64,000 nt of DNA from Candidatus Spongiisociaceae bacterium (GTDB taxonomy: Bacteria; Actinomycetota; Acidimicrobiia; Spongiisociales; Spongiisociaceae). The first letter of the stretch is position 1. The number at the start of each line of letters is the position of its first letter. This document shows, one piece after another, positions 8,843-18,884 of this stretch. The stretch covers positions 544,001-608,000 of the forward strand of contig OZ253564.1 of assembly GCA_965262915.1 (NCBI GenBank), written 5' to 3'. The position numbers and the translations under genes are program-made. Under the pieces are notes generated by a model. It was given only the letters and a program-made list of their open reading frames with translations. It did no database searches and was not told where the DNA came from.

Positions 8843-9427
8843 CTACCGGCTCCGGCCCAACCTCCGGCTGCGCGCCCAGGACAGCGCCACGCTTGAGGTC
8901 ACCGCCATCATCGCTGCCAGGACGTTGAACAGGATGTCCTCGGGATCGAAGACACGGCTGGGAAGGAACGCCTGGACACATTCGTCGATCACTCCGACCA
9001 CGGACGCCGCGACAACGGCGATCAAGGCGGGTATCGGGACGGGGCGACCCTGTTCCACCCGCTCCTTCAGTGCTTCGTGGATGAAGACGGCAACTACTCC
9101 GTATTCGATGAGGTGTGTGCGCTCCTCCGGAAGCGCCATCCGGACGAGCACCATGAAGTACGCGGCCCCGATACCCAGCGCGATGCCTATCTCTGCGGCG
9201 CCCGGCCGCCTCCTCAGCCCCTGGACCAGGACAGTTGCTCCGACGAGGAGCATACCGAGGGCGAATGAGGCTACGAGTACCCCCTCTTCTCGCAGCACCC
9301 CGGACAGAGTTCGCGCCAGGCCCAGAGTCGAGTAGATCGCCACCACGACAGCCAAGGTCCATGCCCAGAGCCGCCGTTCCCGACCCGAGGTGAACATGGA
9401 CGACGAGGACCCCTCGTCGGATGTCAC
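8843..9427 (-). CDS. VanZ-family membrane protein
   Basis: ERTHLIEYG, GVIDECVQAFLPSRVFDPEDILFN. Confidence 0.8.
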   Translation of the reverse strand: MTSDEGSSSSMFTSGRERRLWAWTLAVVVAIYSTLGLARTLSGVLREEGVLVASFALGMLLVGATVLVQGLRRRPGAAEIGIALGIGAAYFMVLVRMALPEERTHLIEYGVVAVFIHEALKERVEQGRPVPIPALIAVVAASVVGVIDECVQAFLPSRVFDPEDILFNVLAAMMAVTSSVALSWARSRRLGRSR

Positions 9428-9462
9428 CGGGGTATCTCCTCAGTGTTGCGCCTGGCTCTCAG

Positions 9463-10701
9463 TCATTCGATGATGGCGAGTTCCCTGGTGTTGGAGGTGA
9501 GTACCTCGGCGCCGTCTTCGGTGACCGTTACCGTCTCGCTCACTCCGACGCCTGCGAAGCCGACGTGGCGGGCCATGGCGCGTACGTGGAATGTGTGGCC
9601 GGGTTTGAGGGTCGCGTAGCTGGCGGGTCTCGGTGAGGGCAGGTATTGCTCGGTGGCGATCTGCAGTCCGGGGCAGTCTCCCCACCCGGCCGGGAAGCTG
9701 AGCCCCATCGAGTAACCGCGGTTGCCGTCCACGTATACCCCTTCGGGGAGTGAGAACAGCCGCTGGGAGGCCTCCTCGGCCAATGGCGTGACCTCGGCGC
9801 CGGGTCGCATGAGCCGGATGGTGTTCTCCACGGCGTCCTTGCACGCCTCCCACATCTCCACCCACAGCGGGTTGTTGGGCTGTCCCAGGAAGCCGGCCCG
9901 GATCATCGGTGACGTGTAGCGGTTCACGCAGGCCCCGAACTCCATGAGGATCGCCTCGCCCGGTTCGATCGGTTTGCGGCGGAAGGTGGTGTGGGGGATA
10001 CCCGAACGCCTGCCCACCGTCACGATGGGTTGCAGGCCCATCCGCTCGCTCCCGCCGCCGATGATGGCGTCGTAACCGGCGTTGGCTATGTCGTTGTCGA
10101 TGGCGCCGGGGCGGATGGCTTCGCGGGCCGCCTCCATGCCGAGCACCGTCAGGCGACCGGCCCGGCGGTGCTGCTCGATCTCGGCGGGGCTCTTCTGCGA
10201 GCGAGCCTCCTCGAGAACGTTGCGCATGGGTACCCACTCCGCATCGATGGCGTCCGAGACGCCCTCGAAAACGTCGACCGCGGCCCGGTTGTAGTCCCAG
10301 CCGAGCCTCTTGCCGGACAGCCCGCGGTCCTTGGCCAGGTCGATCAGGCCGCCGGTGGTGTTGGCGGCCCAGGGGAAGGTGACCACGTCCTCGACCCACG
10401 ACGAGGTCAGGGTATTGAAAGCCTCGAAGTCGTCGATCATCAGCGTCGGTTCGCCCTCGGCCGGGATGACCAGGGCGGCCGGCGCCCCGGCGGCCAGGGT
10501 CTCGTATCCCGTTATCCAGCAGATGGGCGGCAGGTAGGTGCTGAACAGGTAGTCGAGGCCCGCGTCGGTCACCATCTGCTGGACCTTGCGGTAGCGGCCC
10601 CGGTACTCCTCGAGCGGGAAGGTCAAGCGGAGCAGGTCCCCGCGGATGGCGTCGACATGGGCCGGAGGCTCGAACACCTTGTAGCGCTTGCTATCCCCCA
10701 C
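9463..10701 (-). CDS. M24/creatinase-family hydrolase (ectoine hydrolase DoeA-like)
   Basis: Creatinase-like N-domain, KSPAEI, RSGIPH; metal-ligand positions look substituted (EFGACVNRYTSP); RBS GAGGAGG. Confidence 0.8.
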   Translation of the reverse strand: MGDSKRYKVFEPPAHVDAIRGDLLRLTFPLEEYRGRYRKVQQMVTDAGLDYLFSTYLPPICWITGYETLAAGAPAALVIPAEGEPTLMIDDFEAFNTLTSSWVEDVVTFPWAANTTGGLIDLAKDRGLSGKRLGWDYNRAAVDVFEGVSDAIDAEWVPMRNVLEEARSQKSPAEIEQHRRAGRLTVLGMEAAREAIRPGAIDNDIANAGYDAIIGGGSERMGLQPIVTVGRRSGIPHTTFRRKPIEPGEAILMEFGACVNRYTSPMIRAGFLGQPNNPLWVEMWEACKDAVENTIRLMRPGAEVTPLAEEASQRLFSLPEGVYVDGNRGYSMGLSFPAGWGDCPGLQIATEQYLPSPRPASYATLKPGHTFHVRAMARHVGFAGVGVSETVTVTEDGAEVLTSNTRELAIIE

Positions 10702-10944
10702 GACCGAACCTCCTCTCTGGAACGCGGCCGACTGTAACAGGGGGAGGATGCGGGCATCGGAGCGAACGTAACGGCGGCATGACCGTAGGAGGGTGCTGAG
10801 CAATCCATCCGCGGCCCACCACTCAACTCTTGAATGCCTGGTCGGCGAGTGGTGGGCCCTGGCAATCGTCACTGTTCAGCACCCTCCTAACCTGTTGGAC
10901 CGAGCGTTGATGTAGCCGGGTGGTCCGTCGAGGGAGGAGTCCGG

Positions 10945-11478
10945 ATGGCTGAGTACGTGGAACTGCTCGAGTTCCTGAGGAGCGAGGGAACCGCCGAGGT
11001 CCAACATTCCAAGGTCGACTTCATGGCCCACCTGGTCGGCGTACATCAGGTTCTTGTCTCGTGGCAATGCTCCGAAGCGGTGTGCTTGGGAGGCCTGTTC
11101 CACTCGATCTATGGAGCGGAGGGTTTCAGCGACGGAGCGCTCGATCTCCGGCGCCGGCCGGAGATTCGAACTCTCATCGGAACCGCAGCCGAGCACCTCG
11201 CTTTCGTGAACAGCTCGATGACTTACGACTCCTTCGACGCGACCCTACGAGAAGGTCCGCCTCACCGCGTGGTCAATCGGTTCACCGGTGCGCCCATCGA
11301 GTTGACCGACCAGGAATTCGCCGATCTCTCCCGGATACAACTTGCGGACTGGCTCGAACAGGTCGAGCGTTTCCCGGACAACTGGGACTATCGACGGCAG
11401 GTCTACCGCACCATCGCAGAACGCATCGGAGGCCGGGCATCGGCTACCTACGAAGAGGTCTTCTCCCGCGAGCCCTGA
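10945..11478 (+). CDS. DUF6817-like HD-related protein
   Basis: HS...AHLVGV...W...GLFHSIYGAEGF. Confidence 0.7.
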   Translation: MAEYVELLEFLRSEGTAEVQHSKVDFMAHLVGVHQVLVSWQCSEAVCLGGLFHSIYGAEGFSDGALDLRRRPEIRTLIGTAAEHLAFVNSSMTYDSFDATLREGPPHRVVNRFTGAPIELTDQEFADLSRIQLADWLEQVERFPDNWDYRRQVYRTIAERIGGRASATYEEVFSREP

Positions 11479-11502
11479 CGGCCGGCCTTCCGGGTGGAAC
11501 CC

Positions 11503-12330
11503 CTACCCCGCAGCTGGCAGGGATCTCCAATGAGCGTTGATGTCCTCCCCGTTTGCGATCCAAGCGTCCATCTCCCGGGCGTGCATGATGGTGCGCCGTA
11601 GCGTGTCGATCCGGTACGGACGGCCCGTGACCTGGGGATGGTTGACGAGGGTGAACAACCCGCCCACCTCCCGGATGCCTTCAAGTTCGGACGACCACAG
11701 CGACACGACGTGGTCGTTGGTCATGACCGGATTGACGTGCGGCGCCGGGTACGCATTGGGCGAAACCATGGCGAATCCCCAGTCGTCGGCTACCCAGTGC
11801 ATCGGGAGTTCGAGAAGTGACAGGCCCTCGAGATCATGAAAGTACGGAATGACAGAGTCCATGTGGTGCGACGTGTACTCGACGCCTCGCTCGGCCAGTA
11901 CACGGTTGGTTACCGGGCTGATCTCCGCGACCGGGGCGCGGTGGCCGATGGGCGACCGGCCCGACATCTCGCTAAGGATGTGGATACTCCGCTCGACTAC
12001 CTCGACTTCCTCATCTTCCGACAGGAGATCCGGTCGCTCGTGCATGTGGCCGTGCAAACCGAGCTCGTGTCCCCCGGCGAGGATCGCTTCAACCGCTCCC
12101 GGATAGCGTTCGGCCACCCACGTGGGTACGAAGAAGGTGGACCTCACTTCGAGTTCGGCCAGCACATCGAGGATGCGGTAGACGCCAACCTTGGGGCCGT
12201 ATGCGGCCTGCGACATGGTGATCGGGAGATCGGCGTTCCGCCGGTCGACCGAGAGCAGCCACGACTCGCCGTCGAGGTCGAACGAGAAGAATGCGGCTAC
12301 GTTCCTGCCACCGGGCCATTTCGGGTCCAT
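11503..12330 (-). CDS. Polysaccharide deacetylase family (PuuE-like)
   Basis: FSFDLD, TFFVP, GHELGLHGHMHE, GHRAP, HPQVTGRP. Confidence 0.9.
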   Translation of the reverse strand: MDPKWPGGRNVAAFFSFDLDGESWLLSVDRRNADLPITMSQAAYGPKVGVYRILDVLAELEVRSTFFVPTWVAERYPGAVEAILAGGHELGLHGHMHERPDLLSEDEEVEVVERSIHILSEMSGRSPIGHRAPVAEISPVTNRVLAERGVEYTSHHMDSVIPYFHDLEGLSLLELPMHWVADDWGFAMVSPNAYPAPHVNPVMTNDHVVSLWSSELEGIREVGGLFTLVNHPQVTGRPYRIDTLRRTIMHAREMDAWIANGEDINAHWRSLPAAG

Positions 12331-12358
12331 CGTGTTCCTCCTTCGCAATACTGGGTTG

Positions 12359-13465
12359 TCACGGGGCTCTGACGGTCAACAAGCGGCGCGGGTTCGCTAC
12401 CAGCAGCTTGTCGATTACATGCTCCGGGACACCGAAGACATCCCGGAACCTGGGCATCACCCTCCGGATCACATGGTCGTAGCCCATCCCGCCGAAGGAC
12501 TTGAGCATGCACTTCATGCAGATGTCCTGGCCGACGACCAGCTGGTCCTCGAATCCGGCGTCGATTAGTCGTGCCAGCATCTCGAGGCGTTGCAAGTCGC
12601 TCTTGGCCTTCCATTCGGCCGTGAAGTAGAAGTCCTGGCCGAAGCTGTCGAATCCCAGGGTCGCGCCTGTTTCGAGAACAGCCGAGAGGTACCGGACGTC
12701 GTCGATCTCGTCGAGGTGTGACAGGTAGACCCGGCGGAGATCGAGGCCGGCGTCCGACAGAGTGGCGAGGATGTCCAGTGCCACTGCCTGTTCGGGGGGA
12801 TGGGTGTGGATGTTGACGGCCAGACCGGTTGCGTCGGCGACCCGGGCGCCGGCAACGAGAACCCTCCGCTCCACCTCATCCAGTTGTTCCGATGTCCCCA
12901 ACTCACCGATGACACCAGGCCTGATGTCCGTACCGGAAAGGCCGTTATCCACCTCGTTGCGGAGGTACTCCTCGATGCGTTCGGTGGACATGTCCCTCAA
13001 CCACTCCGGGTGCGAGGGGGCGACGTAGAACCCGCACGCTGAAACGATGTGGAGATCGAGTTCTGTCGCGACGCGCTGCAGTAGCAGGGGCTCGGGTTTC
13101 AGCCCCACGTTGGTGACATCGACGATGCAACTGCCACCGCCTGCCTTGAAGTCACCCAACTCTCCGGTGATCGTTTCGTAGTCATCCGGACTCAGCAGGA
13201 GGTTGTCGCGGATTGCGAACGTGTTCCAACGGGCAATCCCACCCAAGCGCGGCTCCATCGGGCGCGACCCCAAATCCGGCTGGCTCGATGGGTCCGGCCG
13301 GAACCATGCTGTTGCCGCATCGACGAACACATGCTCGTGCATCGAGGTAGGCCCGAGACGTGCCGCATCCAACGGTCCGAGGACGGTCATGATCTGGCCT
13401 CCCTCGGGACCGTTCCGGCCACGCCCGTCACCCTCAGCACTAGGGATCCCGGATTCCGAGGTCAC
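12359..13465 (-). CDS. Phosphotriesterase-family amidohydrolase
   Basis: MTVLGP...HEH, GVIGELG, IHT, SHLD, GQD. Confidence 0.9.
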   Translation of the reverse strand: MTSESGIPSAEGDGRGRNGPEGGQIMTVLGPLDAARLGPTSMHEHVFVDAATAWFRPDPSSQPDLGSRPMEPRLGGIARWNTFAIRDNLLLSPDDYETITGELGDFKAGGGSCIVDVTNVGLKPEPLLLQRVATELDLHIVSACGFYVAPSHPEWLRDMSTERIEEYLRNEVDNGLSGTDIRPGVIGELGTSEQLDEVERRVLVAGARVADATGLAVNIHTHPPEQAVALDILATLSDAGLDLRRVYLSHLDEIDDVRYLSAVLETGATLGFDSFGQDFYFTAEWKAKSDLQRLEMLARLIDAGFEDQLVVGQDICMKCMLKSFGGMGYDHVIRRVMPRFRDVFGVPEHVIDKLLVANPRRLLTVRAP

Positions 13466-13767
13466 GGGCAGGAGTATACGATCGCCCGGAGGTCGACGAA
13501 GGTTCGGGTGGTAGCGACGGGGGTCTGCTCCTGGCCACGGGCGAGGTCCGAGCTTCGCCGACCACCATAGGTAGCGTATGGTCTACGTATGAAGAAGGTC
13601 CCGAAGGCGGAAGCAGCGGAGCGCGTAACCGAGACTTTCGAGACCGCGCCCGTCACCATCCCGGTCGTCGCCGCCAGCGACGACTTCACCCACCGATGGC
13701 AGCCGGGTGGTCGCCTTCTCGCCTGCCGGGCGGAGGGCGCCGCCGCCGCGCTCCCTTCTGACGGCTG

Positions 13768-14910
13768 ATGCCGCAACCACCCCCGGACGAGTTTCGCAAC
13801 CGCGTCATGCGGGCTCGATCAGCTATGGGCGATGCCGGCCTGGTCGGCTTGGTGGTCTCGACGCAGGCCAACTTCGTCTACTTCACCGGTCTCCGGTTCG
13901 ACCCGCTGTGGTCCTCGGCCACCAGGTCGATGATCGTGGTGATCCCGGCGGTGGGTCCTCTGCAGCTGTGCCTTCCGGCCTTCGTCGCCGATGAAGCCGA
14001 GGCGGCATGGGCCGACGCCGTGGTCCACCGATACGACGTACCGCCCCAGAGCGTGGTGCCGTACGTGATCGATGCGATCAGCGCCCTTCCGGCCGGCGCA
14101 ATCGGTTTCGAGTTGGGTAAGGAGGCCAGGACGGGAGTCACCCCCGTCGATTTCCGGGCCATTACCGGGAGTGTCGACGACCCCCGGGTCGTCGATGGCC
14201 AGGAAGTGCTCTGGTCGCTGCGGACGATCAAATCCCCCTACGAGATCGCCTGCCTACGGGCAGCGGGCCACGCCACAAGCGCAGCGTTTGCAGAGGCTCT
14301 GTCGGGGACCGTCAGCGGAGCCACCGAGCGTGAACTGGCCCGCCGCATCGCGTCGGCTGCGATCGGTGCGGGAGCCGACACCGTGGGCTGGATCTCCATG
14401 ACTTCGGGGTCCGGATCGTACGACCGGTTCGTCAGCGCGCCGCGCAACCGCGTCGTCCGGGAGGGGGACCTGGTCTGGGCCGATGTCGGCGTCCGTGTGG
14501 ACGGGTACTGGTCCGACTTCTGCCGCGCCGCGGTGGTCGGTGCCCCGAGCCCCCGGCAGTTGGAACTGCACGAGGCCGTGGTCGAGGCCACCAACGCCGG
14601 GATCGGAGTGGCCCGCGCCGGTACCGCGGTTGCCGAAGTGGCCGCCGCGGTGCGGGATCGGTCGAACTCTTTGGGCCTCGCCTCGCTGGGGTTCGGACGG
14701 CTCGGCCACGGTATCGGCCTCGATGCCACCGAACCCCCCAGCATCGCCGAGTTCGACGAGACCGTCCTGGCACCGGGCATGGTGGTGACGGTCGAGCCGG
14801 CAGTCGTGGACGAGACCGGCCTCTATTGCGCCGAGCAGGTGCTCGCCATCACCGACGGCGCGCCCGAGGTGCTGTCGAGGGCTCCGACATGCCTGCGCAC
14901 GGTTCGATAA
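13768..14910 (+). CDS. Xaa-Pro peptidase (M24) family protein
   Basis: D...GYWSD, GHGIGL...E.P, VEP, EQ. Confidence 0.9.
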   Translation: MPQPPPDEFRNRVMRARSAMGDAGLVGLVVSTQANFVYFTGLRFDPLWSSATRSMIVVIPAVGPLQLCLPAFVADEAEAAWADAVVHRYDVPPQSVVPYVIDAISALPAGAIGFELGKEARTGVTPVDFRAITGSVDDPRVVDGQEVLWSLRTIKSPYEIACLRAAGHATSAAFAEALSGTVSGATERELARRIASAAIGAGADTVGWISMTSGSGSYDRFVSAPRNRVVREGDLVWADVGVRVDGYWSDFCRAAVVGAPSPRQLELHEAVVEATNAGIGVARAGTAVAEVAAAVRDRSNSLGLASLGFGRLGHGIGLDATEPPSIAEFDETVLAPGMVVTVEPAVVDETGLYCAEQVLAITDGAPEVLSRAPTCLRTVR

Positions 14911-14949
14911 CGCTGAGAGAAGGTGCCGTGATCGGTCGGCCTGGTCCCC

Positions 14950-15681
14950 TCAGGCCTGGTGGCTTTGCCATCCGATGCCGAGGAGCCGTTGGGAGACCAG
15001 GGGCGACCGCATACCGATCGATCCCAGGGCCGCCCACATCGTGACCTGGTTGGCGGTCAGCACCGGCATTCCTAGGTCGGCCTCGAGAGGGGCGATCAGA
15101 TCGATGGTCGGGACGCCCGTGCAGGCTAGAAAGACCGCCTCCGGACGGCCGGCCGTGGCCTGGCGCGCCAGGTCGATCACCGCGTCGTCGGCCACCGGGC
15201 CGATCACGTCGTGGAGTTCCATATTGGTGACGCCCGTCACGTGGTATCCGGCTTCGGTGAGGAAGGATCCGAGTCTTGCGCCGACCGACTCTGTGTAGGG
15301 CGTCCCGAGCCCGATCCGCTCGATTCCCAGCGCGGCGAGCGCATCGAGGAGCGCGCCGCTGGTGGTCTGGGCGACCGCAGCTCCCGCATCCTCCATCAGG
15401 GTCCGGATCCGGGATTCGCCGTCGAGACCGAGAACGAAGCTGCCGGACGTGCATGCAAAGCTGATGACGCCCGGGGCGATCTTGGTGAGGCTGCGGGCCG
15501 CGTAGGCGATCTCGGACGGTGAGGACACTCCCAGGATGAAGTCGAGATCGAGATCGCCGGCGTGGAAGCCGGTACGGGTCAGGTGAACGGTGGCTTCTTC
15601 GGGGAGGTAGCGGGGGTATTCCGCATCGAGTGTCAGATCGCACGGGACGATCAAGCCGATCCGCCCGCGGCTGGTTACCAC
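14950..15681 (-). CDS. Asp/Glu racemase / maleate isomerase family (EutA-like)
   Basis: IGLIVP, FACTSGS, GTPY, LACT, PVLTANQ; start approximate. Confidence 0.85.
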   Translation of the reverse strand: MVTSRGRIGLIVPCDLTLDAEYPRYLPEEATVHLTRTGFHAGDLDLDFILGVSSPSEIAYAARSLTKIAPGVISFACTSGSFVLGLDGESRIRTLMEDAGAAVAQTTSGALLDALAALGIERIGLGTPYTESVGARLGSFLTEAGYHVTGVTNMELHDVIGPVADDAVIDLARQATAGRPEAVFLACTGVPTIDLIAPLEADLGMPVLTANQVTMWAALGSIGMRSPLVSQRLLGIGWQSHQA

Positions 15682-16190
15682 CGCCGTATCCCCCGGCGTG
15701 CCCAAGTGATTCCGGCCGCGCTGCCCTCCGCTTGCCGTCCGGGATTCCTTGAGCGAGAGTTCGACAAGTCCGTGCCGGTGCTCTCCCTTACCTGGCCTTC
15801 CAGGCCCATGCCGGCTCCCGCGATCGCAGAACTGCATTGTAACTTTGGTCGGTGGTCGCCTCGGCAAGCTCCCCGGCCGGATCCAGTCGAGCCGGTGGCG
15901 GCTGTGCCCGCGGTCGTCCTCTGATGGCCCCCCGTCAATCGATCATTCCGAGCCACCTGCATGCCGAGACCGTCGGGCGACCCGCCCCGCAGAAACGCTC
16001 GATCGCCGCCGAGCTCCTCAGCGAGCGAGCCTGCTCCGGTATGCAACTCGGGAATCCAATCGGCGTCGACGGATTTCTGCAGGTATGGCAGGTGCGGCGC
16101 CCATTGACAGCGGGGGGTTGAACGACGATGATTCTGGTGTATATCGACAGGCCGACGGGGATTCGGTACTGATTCCGAGTGGAGGGCGAA

Positions 16191-17162
16191 ATGGATTGGG
16201 ACGCACGGAAAGCGGAGATATGCGGGCCTGCCTCGCTGGCGATGATTCCCTGGAACGACGACTTCAGCCCCGACCTCGGCGCCTTGGAGGACAACATCCG
16301 GTGGATGGTCGACGGGGGCCTGGTAACCGGTCGTGGCTTCGTCATCTCCCCGTCCGGGACAGGTGAGCTCGTCCACCTGAACAAGGAAGAGCACAGCCAG
16401 ATAGTCGAGGCGTCTGTCAAGGGTGCCGACGGGAAACTCCCGATCGTGGCCGGAGTGGGCTCCTGCAGCGTGTTCGAAGCGATCGAGATGACCCGAAACG
16501 CCCGTGAGGCCGGGGCCGGCCATGTGATGCTGACCCCGCCGTTCTACTACCGCCTTGACGACGACAGCTTCTACACCTTCATAGGCATGGTGGCGGAAGC
16601 GGTTCCGGACATGGCGATAATGCTGTACGACCAGCCCTGGCGCGGGAATCTGGCCACCAGCCTCACCACGACGTTGCTACAGCGCGTGACCGACATACCG
16701 AACGTCCTATCCCTCAAGTTCGGGGGTCCGGGCATATACGTCCAGATGATCAGCACTATCCCCATGTTCAAGGACCGGTACGCGTTCATCGACAACTCGC
16801 TGGGCTTTACCTCGTCGGTCGGCCACATCCACGGCAGTGCCAGCTTCATCTCGGGTCCGGCAAGTTGGTGGCCCGAGTTCGAGCTCGAGTACTGGGACCT
16901 GCTGGAGAAGGGCGACTATGGCGAGGCGGATCGCATGCACGCCCGGTTGGCGCCCTACATGCACTTCTTCATGGGAGAGGAGTTCACCACCGGCGAGCCG
17001 TACCCGTACTACTTCGGGGCCTCGGTCATCAAGGGGACCCTCGACTACGTAGGTCTGAAGGGCGGGGCTGTCCGGCCACCCTTCAGCGCTTTGGGTGACG
17101 ACGACAAGAAGCTCCTTTTCCGGATCCTCGACGACATCCCCTACGACGGCCGCCGCGTTTGA
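16191..17162 (+). CDS. Dihydrodipicolinate synthase/NAL family aldolase
   Basis: SGTGE, VAGVG, PPFYY, LYD, SLKF. Confidence 0.85.
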   Translation: MDWDARKAEICGPASLAMIPWNDDFSPDLGALEDNIRWMVDGGLVTGRGFVISPSGTGELVHLNKEEHSQIVEASVKGADGKLPIVAGVGSCSVFEAIEMTRNAREAGAGHVMLTPPFYYRLDDDSFYTFIGMVAEAVPDMAIMLYDQPWRGNLATSLTTTLLQRVTDIPNVLSLKFGGPGIYVQMISTIPMFKDRYAFIDNSLGFTSSVGHIHGSASFISGPASWWPEFELEYWDLLEKGDYGEADRMHARLAPYMHFFMGEEFTTGEPYPYYFGASVIKGTLDYVGLKGGAVRPPFSALGDDDKKLLFRILDDIPYDGRRV

Positions 17163-17202
17163 CCACACAGGCAGCCTGACAATTCAGAACGGTGGTTTGT
17201 GG

Positions 17203-17574
17203 TCAGGCTCTCATCAGCTTGACGCCATACTGGCTCAACGCCCGATCCCGGCTCACCAGCGTCAGGTCGCGCGCAAGAGCCTGCGCGACGAGCATCCTGT
17301 CGAAGGGATCGCGGTGATGTCGCGGCAGAGAACCGGCTGTGCGGGCATCTGAGATGGTGATATGAAGAGGCTCGAAGTCTTCGTAGACGATCGTGTAGAA
17401 TTCGTTACTGATAGTGAGCTTGCCGATGGTCTGCTTGATGCTGATCTCCCAGATGCTGGCCACGCTCACGTACACGAGATTGTCGGGATCCGCGATGACA
17501 TCCGCGGCTCCTGCAAAGAGACGATCCTTGTTGAACCACCACAACGCTGTGTGGGTGTCGAGCAGTAGGTTCAC
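17203..17574 (-). CDS. vapC: VapC PIN toxin
   Basis: LLLDTH..LWW, S.WE, HRDPFDRML. Confidence 0.92.
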   Translation of the reverse strand: MNLLLDTHTALWWFNKDRLFAGAADVIADPDNLVYVSVASIWEISIKQTIGKLTISNEFYTIVYEDFEPLHITISDARTAGSLPRHHRDPFDRMLVAQALARDLTLVSRDRALSQYGVKLMRA

Positions 17575-17804
17575 TCCCGACCCTCGAAAGCGTCGAGCAG
17601 CCAGCCGGGCGTGGCATCGAAGTCCTCGGCCATGACGATCTTGCCGGCCAGCCTGCCCGGCACCCTTGGAGTCCGCTTCGCGACGAAGGGAACGAGGCGG
17701 GCGACGGGCTTGCCCGCCCGGCCTATCACGATCTCCTCACCGTTCAGAACCCGGTCGAGGAGCTTGGAGAGATGGGTCTTGGCTTCGTAAACGTTGACGA
17801 TCAT
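17571..17804 (-). CDS. Phd/YefM antitoxin
   Basis: NVYEAKTHLSKL...GEEIVI.RAGKPVARL. Confidence 0.92.
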   Translation of the reverse strand: MIVNVYEAKTHLSKLLDRVLNGEEIVIGRAGKPVARLVPFVAKRTPRVPGRLAGKIVMAEDFDATPGWLLDAFEGRE

Positions 17805-17909
17805 GCGGTTAATCTATCTGACTAGACCAGACTTGACCAGATTCTGACCAGGGGCACTGCCGGGCGTAGCGCTATTCGGGCTGCCGGTCGATTGGCCGAT
17901 CGGCCGGAG

Positions 17910-17971
17910 GTGGGCGATCCTCGGACCCGTCACGATCCCGCTCAGGCTCGGGTGGTGGTCGATAGCCGCGA
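17910..17971. repeat. 62-bp copy (60/62) of an internal segment of the amidohydrolase gene at 19431-19492
   Basis: Direct sequence comparison. Confidence 0.9.
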
Positions 17972-18062
17972 CCTGCGCGTCAAAGGGCTTCGGGTTAACC
18001 CCTTCGACACATGGAGCCATGTAGTTAGCTAGCCTAGCTAGGCTTGGGTCTGGGTACCGGAG

Positions 18063-18314
18063 GTGACAGTGATGCTGGTCAACATGCATGAGGCCAAGTC
18101 ACAGCTATCCAAGCTCGGAAGGCTGGCCTGGGAGGGCGAAGAGGTCGTGATCGCCCGCGCCGGCAAGCCCTACCTGCGTCTCACGCCGTATGACGAACCC
18201 GATCGCAAGCTCGGGCTCTTGGAGGGCAAGATATGGATTGCCGACGACTTCGATAAGACACCACAGGATATCATCGACTCCTTCTACGAGTCCGACCTGG
18301 ACGATTATCTTTGA
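18063..18314 (+). CDS. Phd/YefM antitoxin
   Basis: NMHEAKSQLSKL...GEEVVIARAGKP. Confidence 0.9.
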   Translation: MTVMLVNMHEAKSQLSKLGRLAWEGEEVVIARAGKPYLRLTPYDEPDRKLGLLEGKIWIADDFDKTPQDIIDSFYESDLDDYL

Positions 18315-18691
18315 GACGCCTCTTACTCGACTCCCACGTCTTGCTGTGGGCGCTGTCGGACGTCCCGAGGTTGCGTGTGGACGCGCGGGACCTGATTGCC
18401 GACAGCAGCAACTACGTCGCGGTCAGTGCCGTCTCCGTATGGGAGCTGAGAATCAAGGCTGCCCAGGGCAAGCTGTCGGTTCCCGATACATTGGAGGAGG
18501 CGACCCGCCGGAGCGGCTTCGCGGAACTGCCGATTACGTTTGACCACGCCAAACGAGCCGCCGCCCTGCCTGCGGTCCATGGTGATCCCTTCGACCGGAT
18601 GCTCGTGGCGCAGGCGCAGATCGAGCAGTTCGAAATCGTCACGCGAGACCGTATCCTCGTCGAATACGGCGTCGGGGTGGTTGCGGCGTAA
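18311..18691 (+). CDS. vapC: VapC PIN toxin
   Basis: LLLDSH.LLW, SVWE, HGDPFDRML. Confidence 0.92.
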   Translation: MRRLLLDSHVLLWALSDVPRLRVDARDLIADSSNYVAVSAVSVWELRIKAAQGKLSVPDTLEEATRRSGFAELPITFDHAKRAAALPAVHGDPFDRMLVAQAQIEQFEIVTRDRILVEYGVGVVAA

Positions 18692-18884
18692 CCTGGATCT
18701 GGAGGGCTTGCCCGAGGTTATGTACAGATGATCGCTTGACGCGTTACCGACGGTCGTCATACAGTGCCAGCATCTGCTCCCCGCCCGCTGGACAGTAAGC
18801 CAAGGCTCTGTCCCCGGGCGGGTGTTTCGTGATATGCGAACCCTCGTCCTCGATCGGAGGTCAAACCGGCGGGCCTCGGAATCT

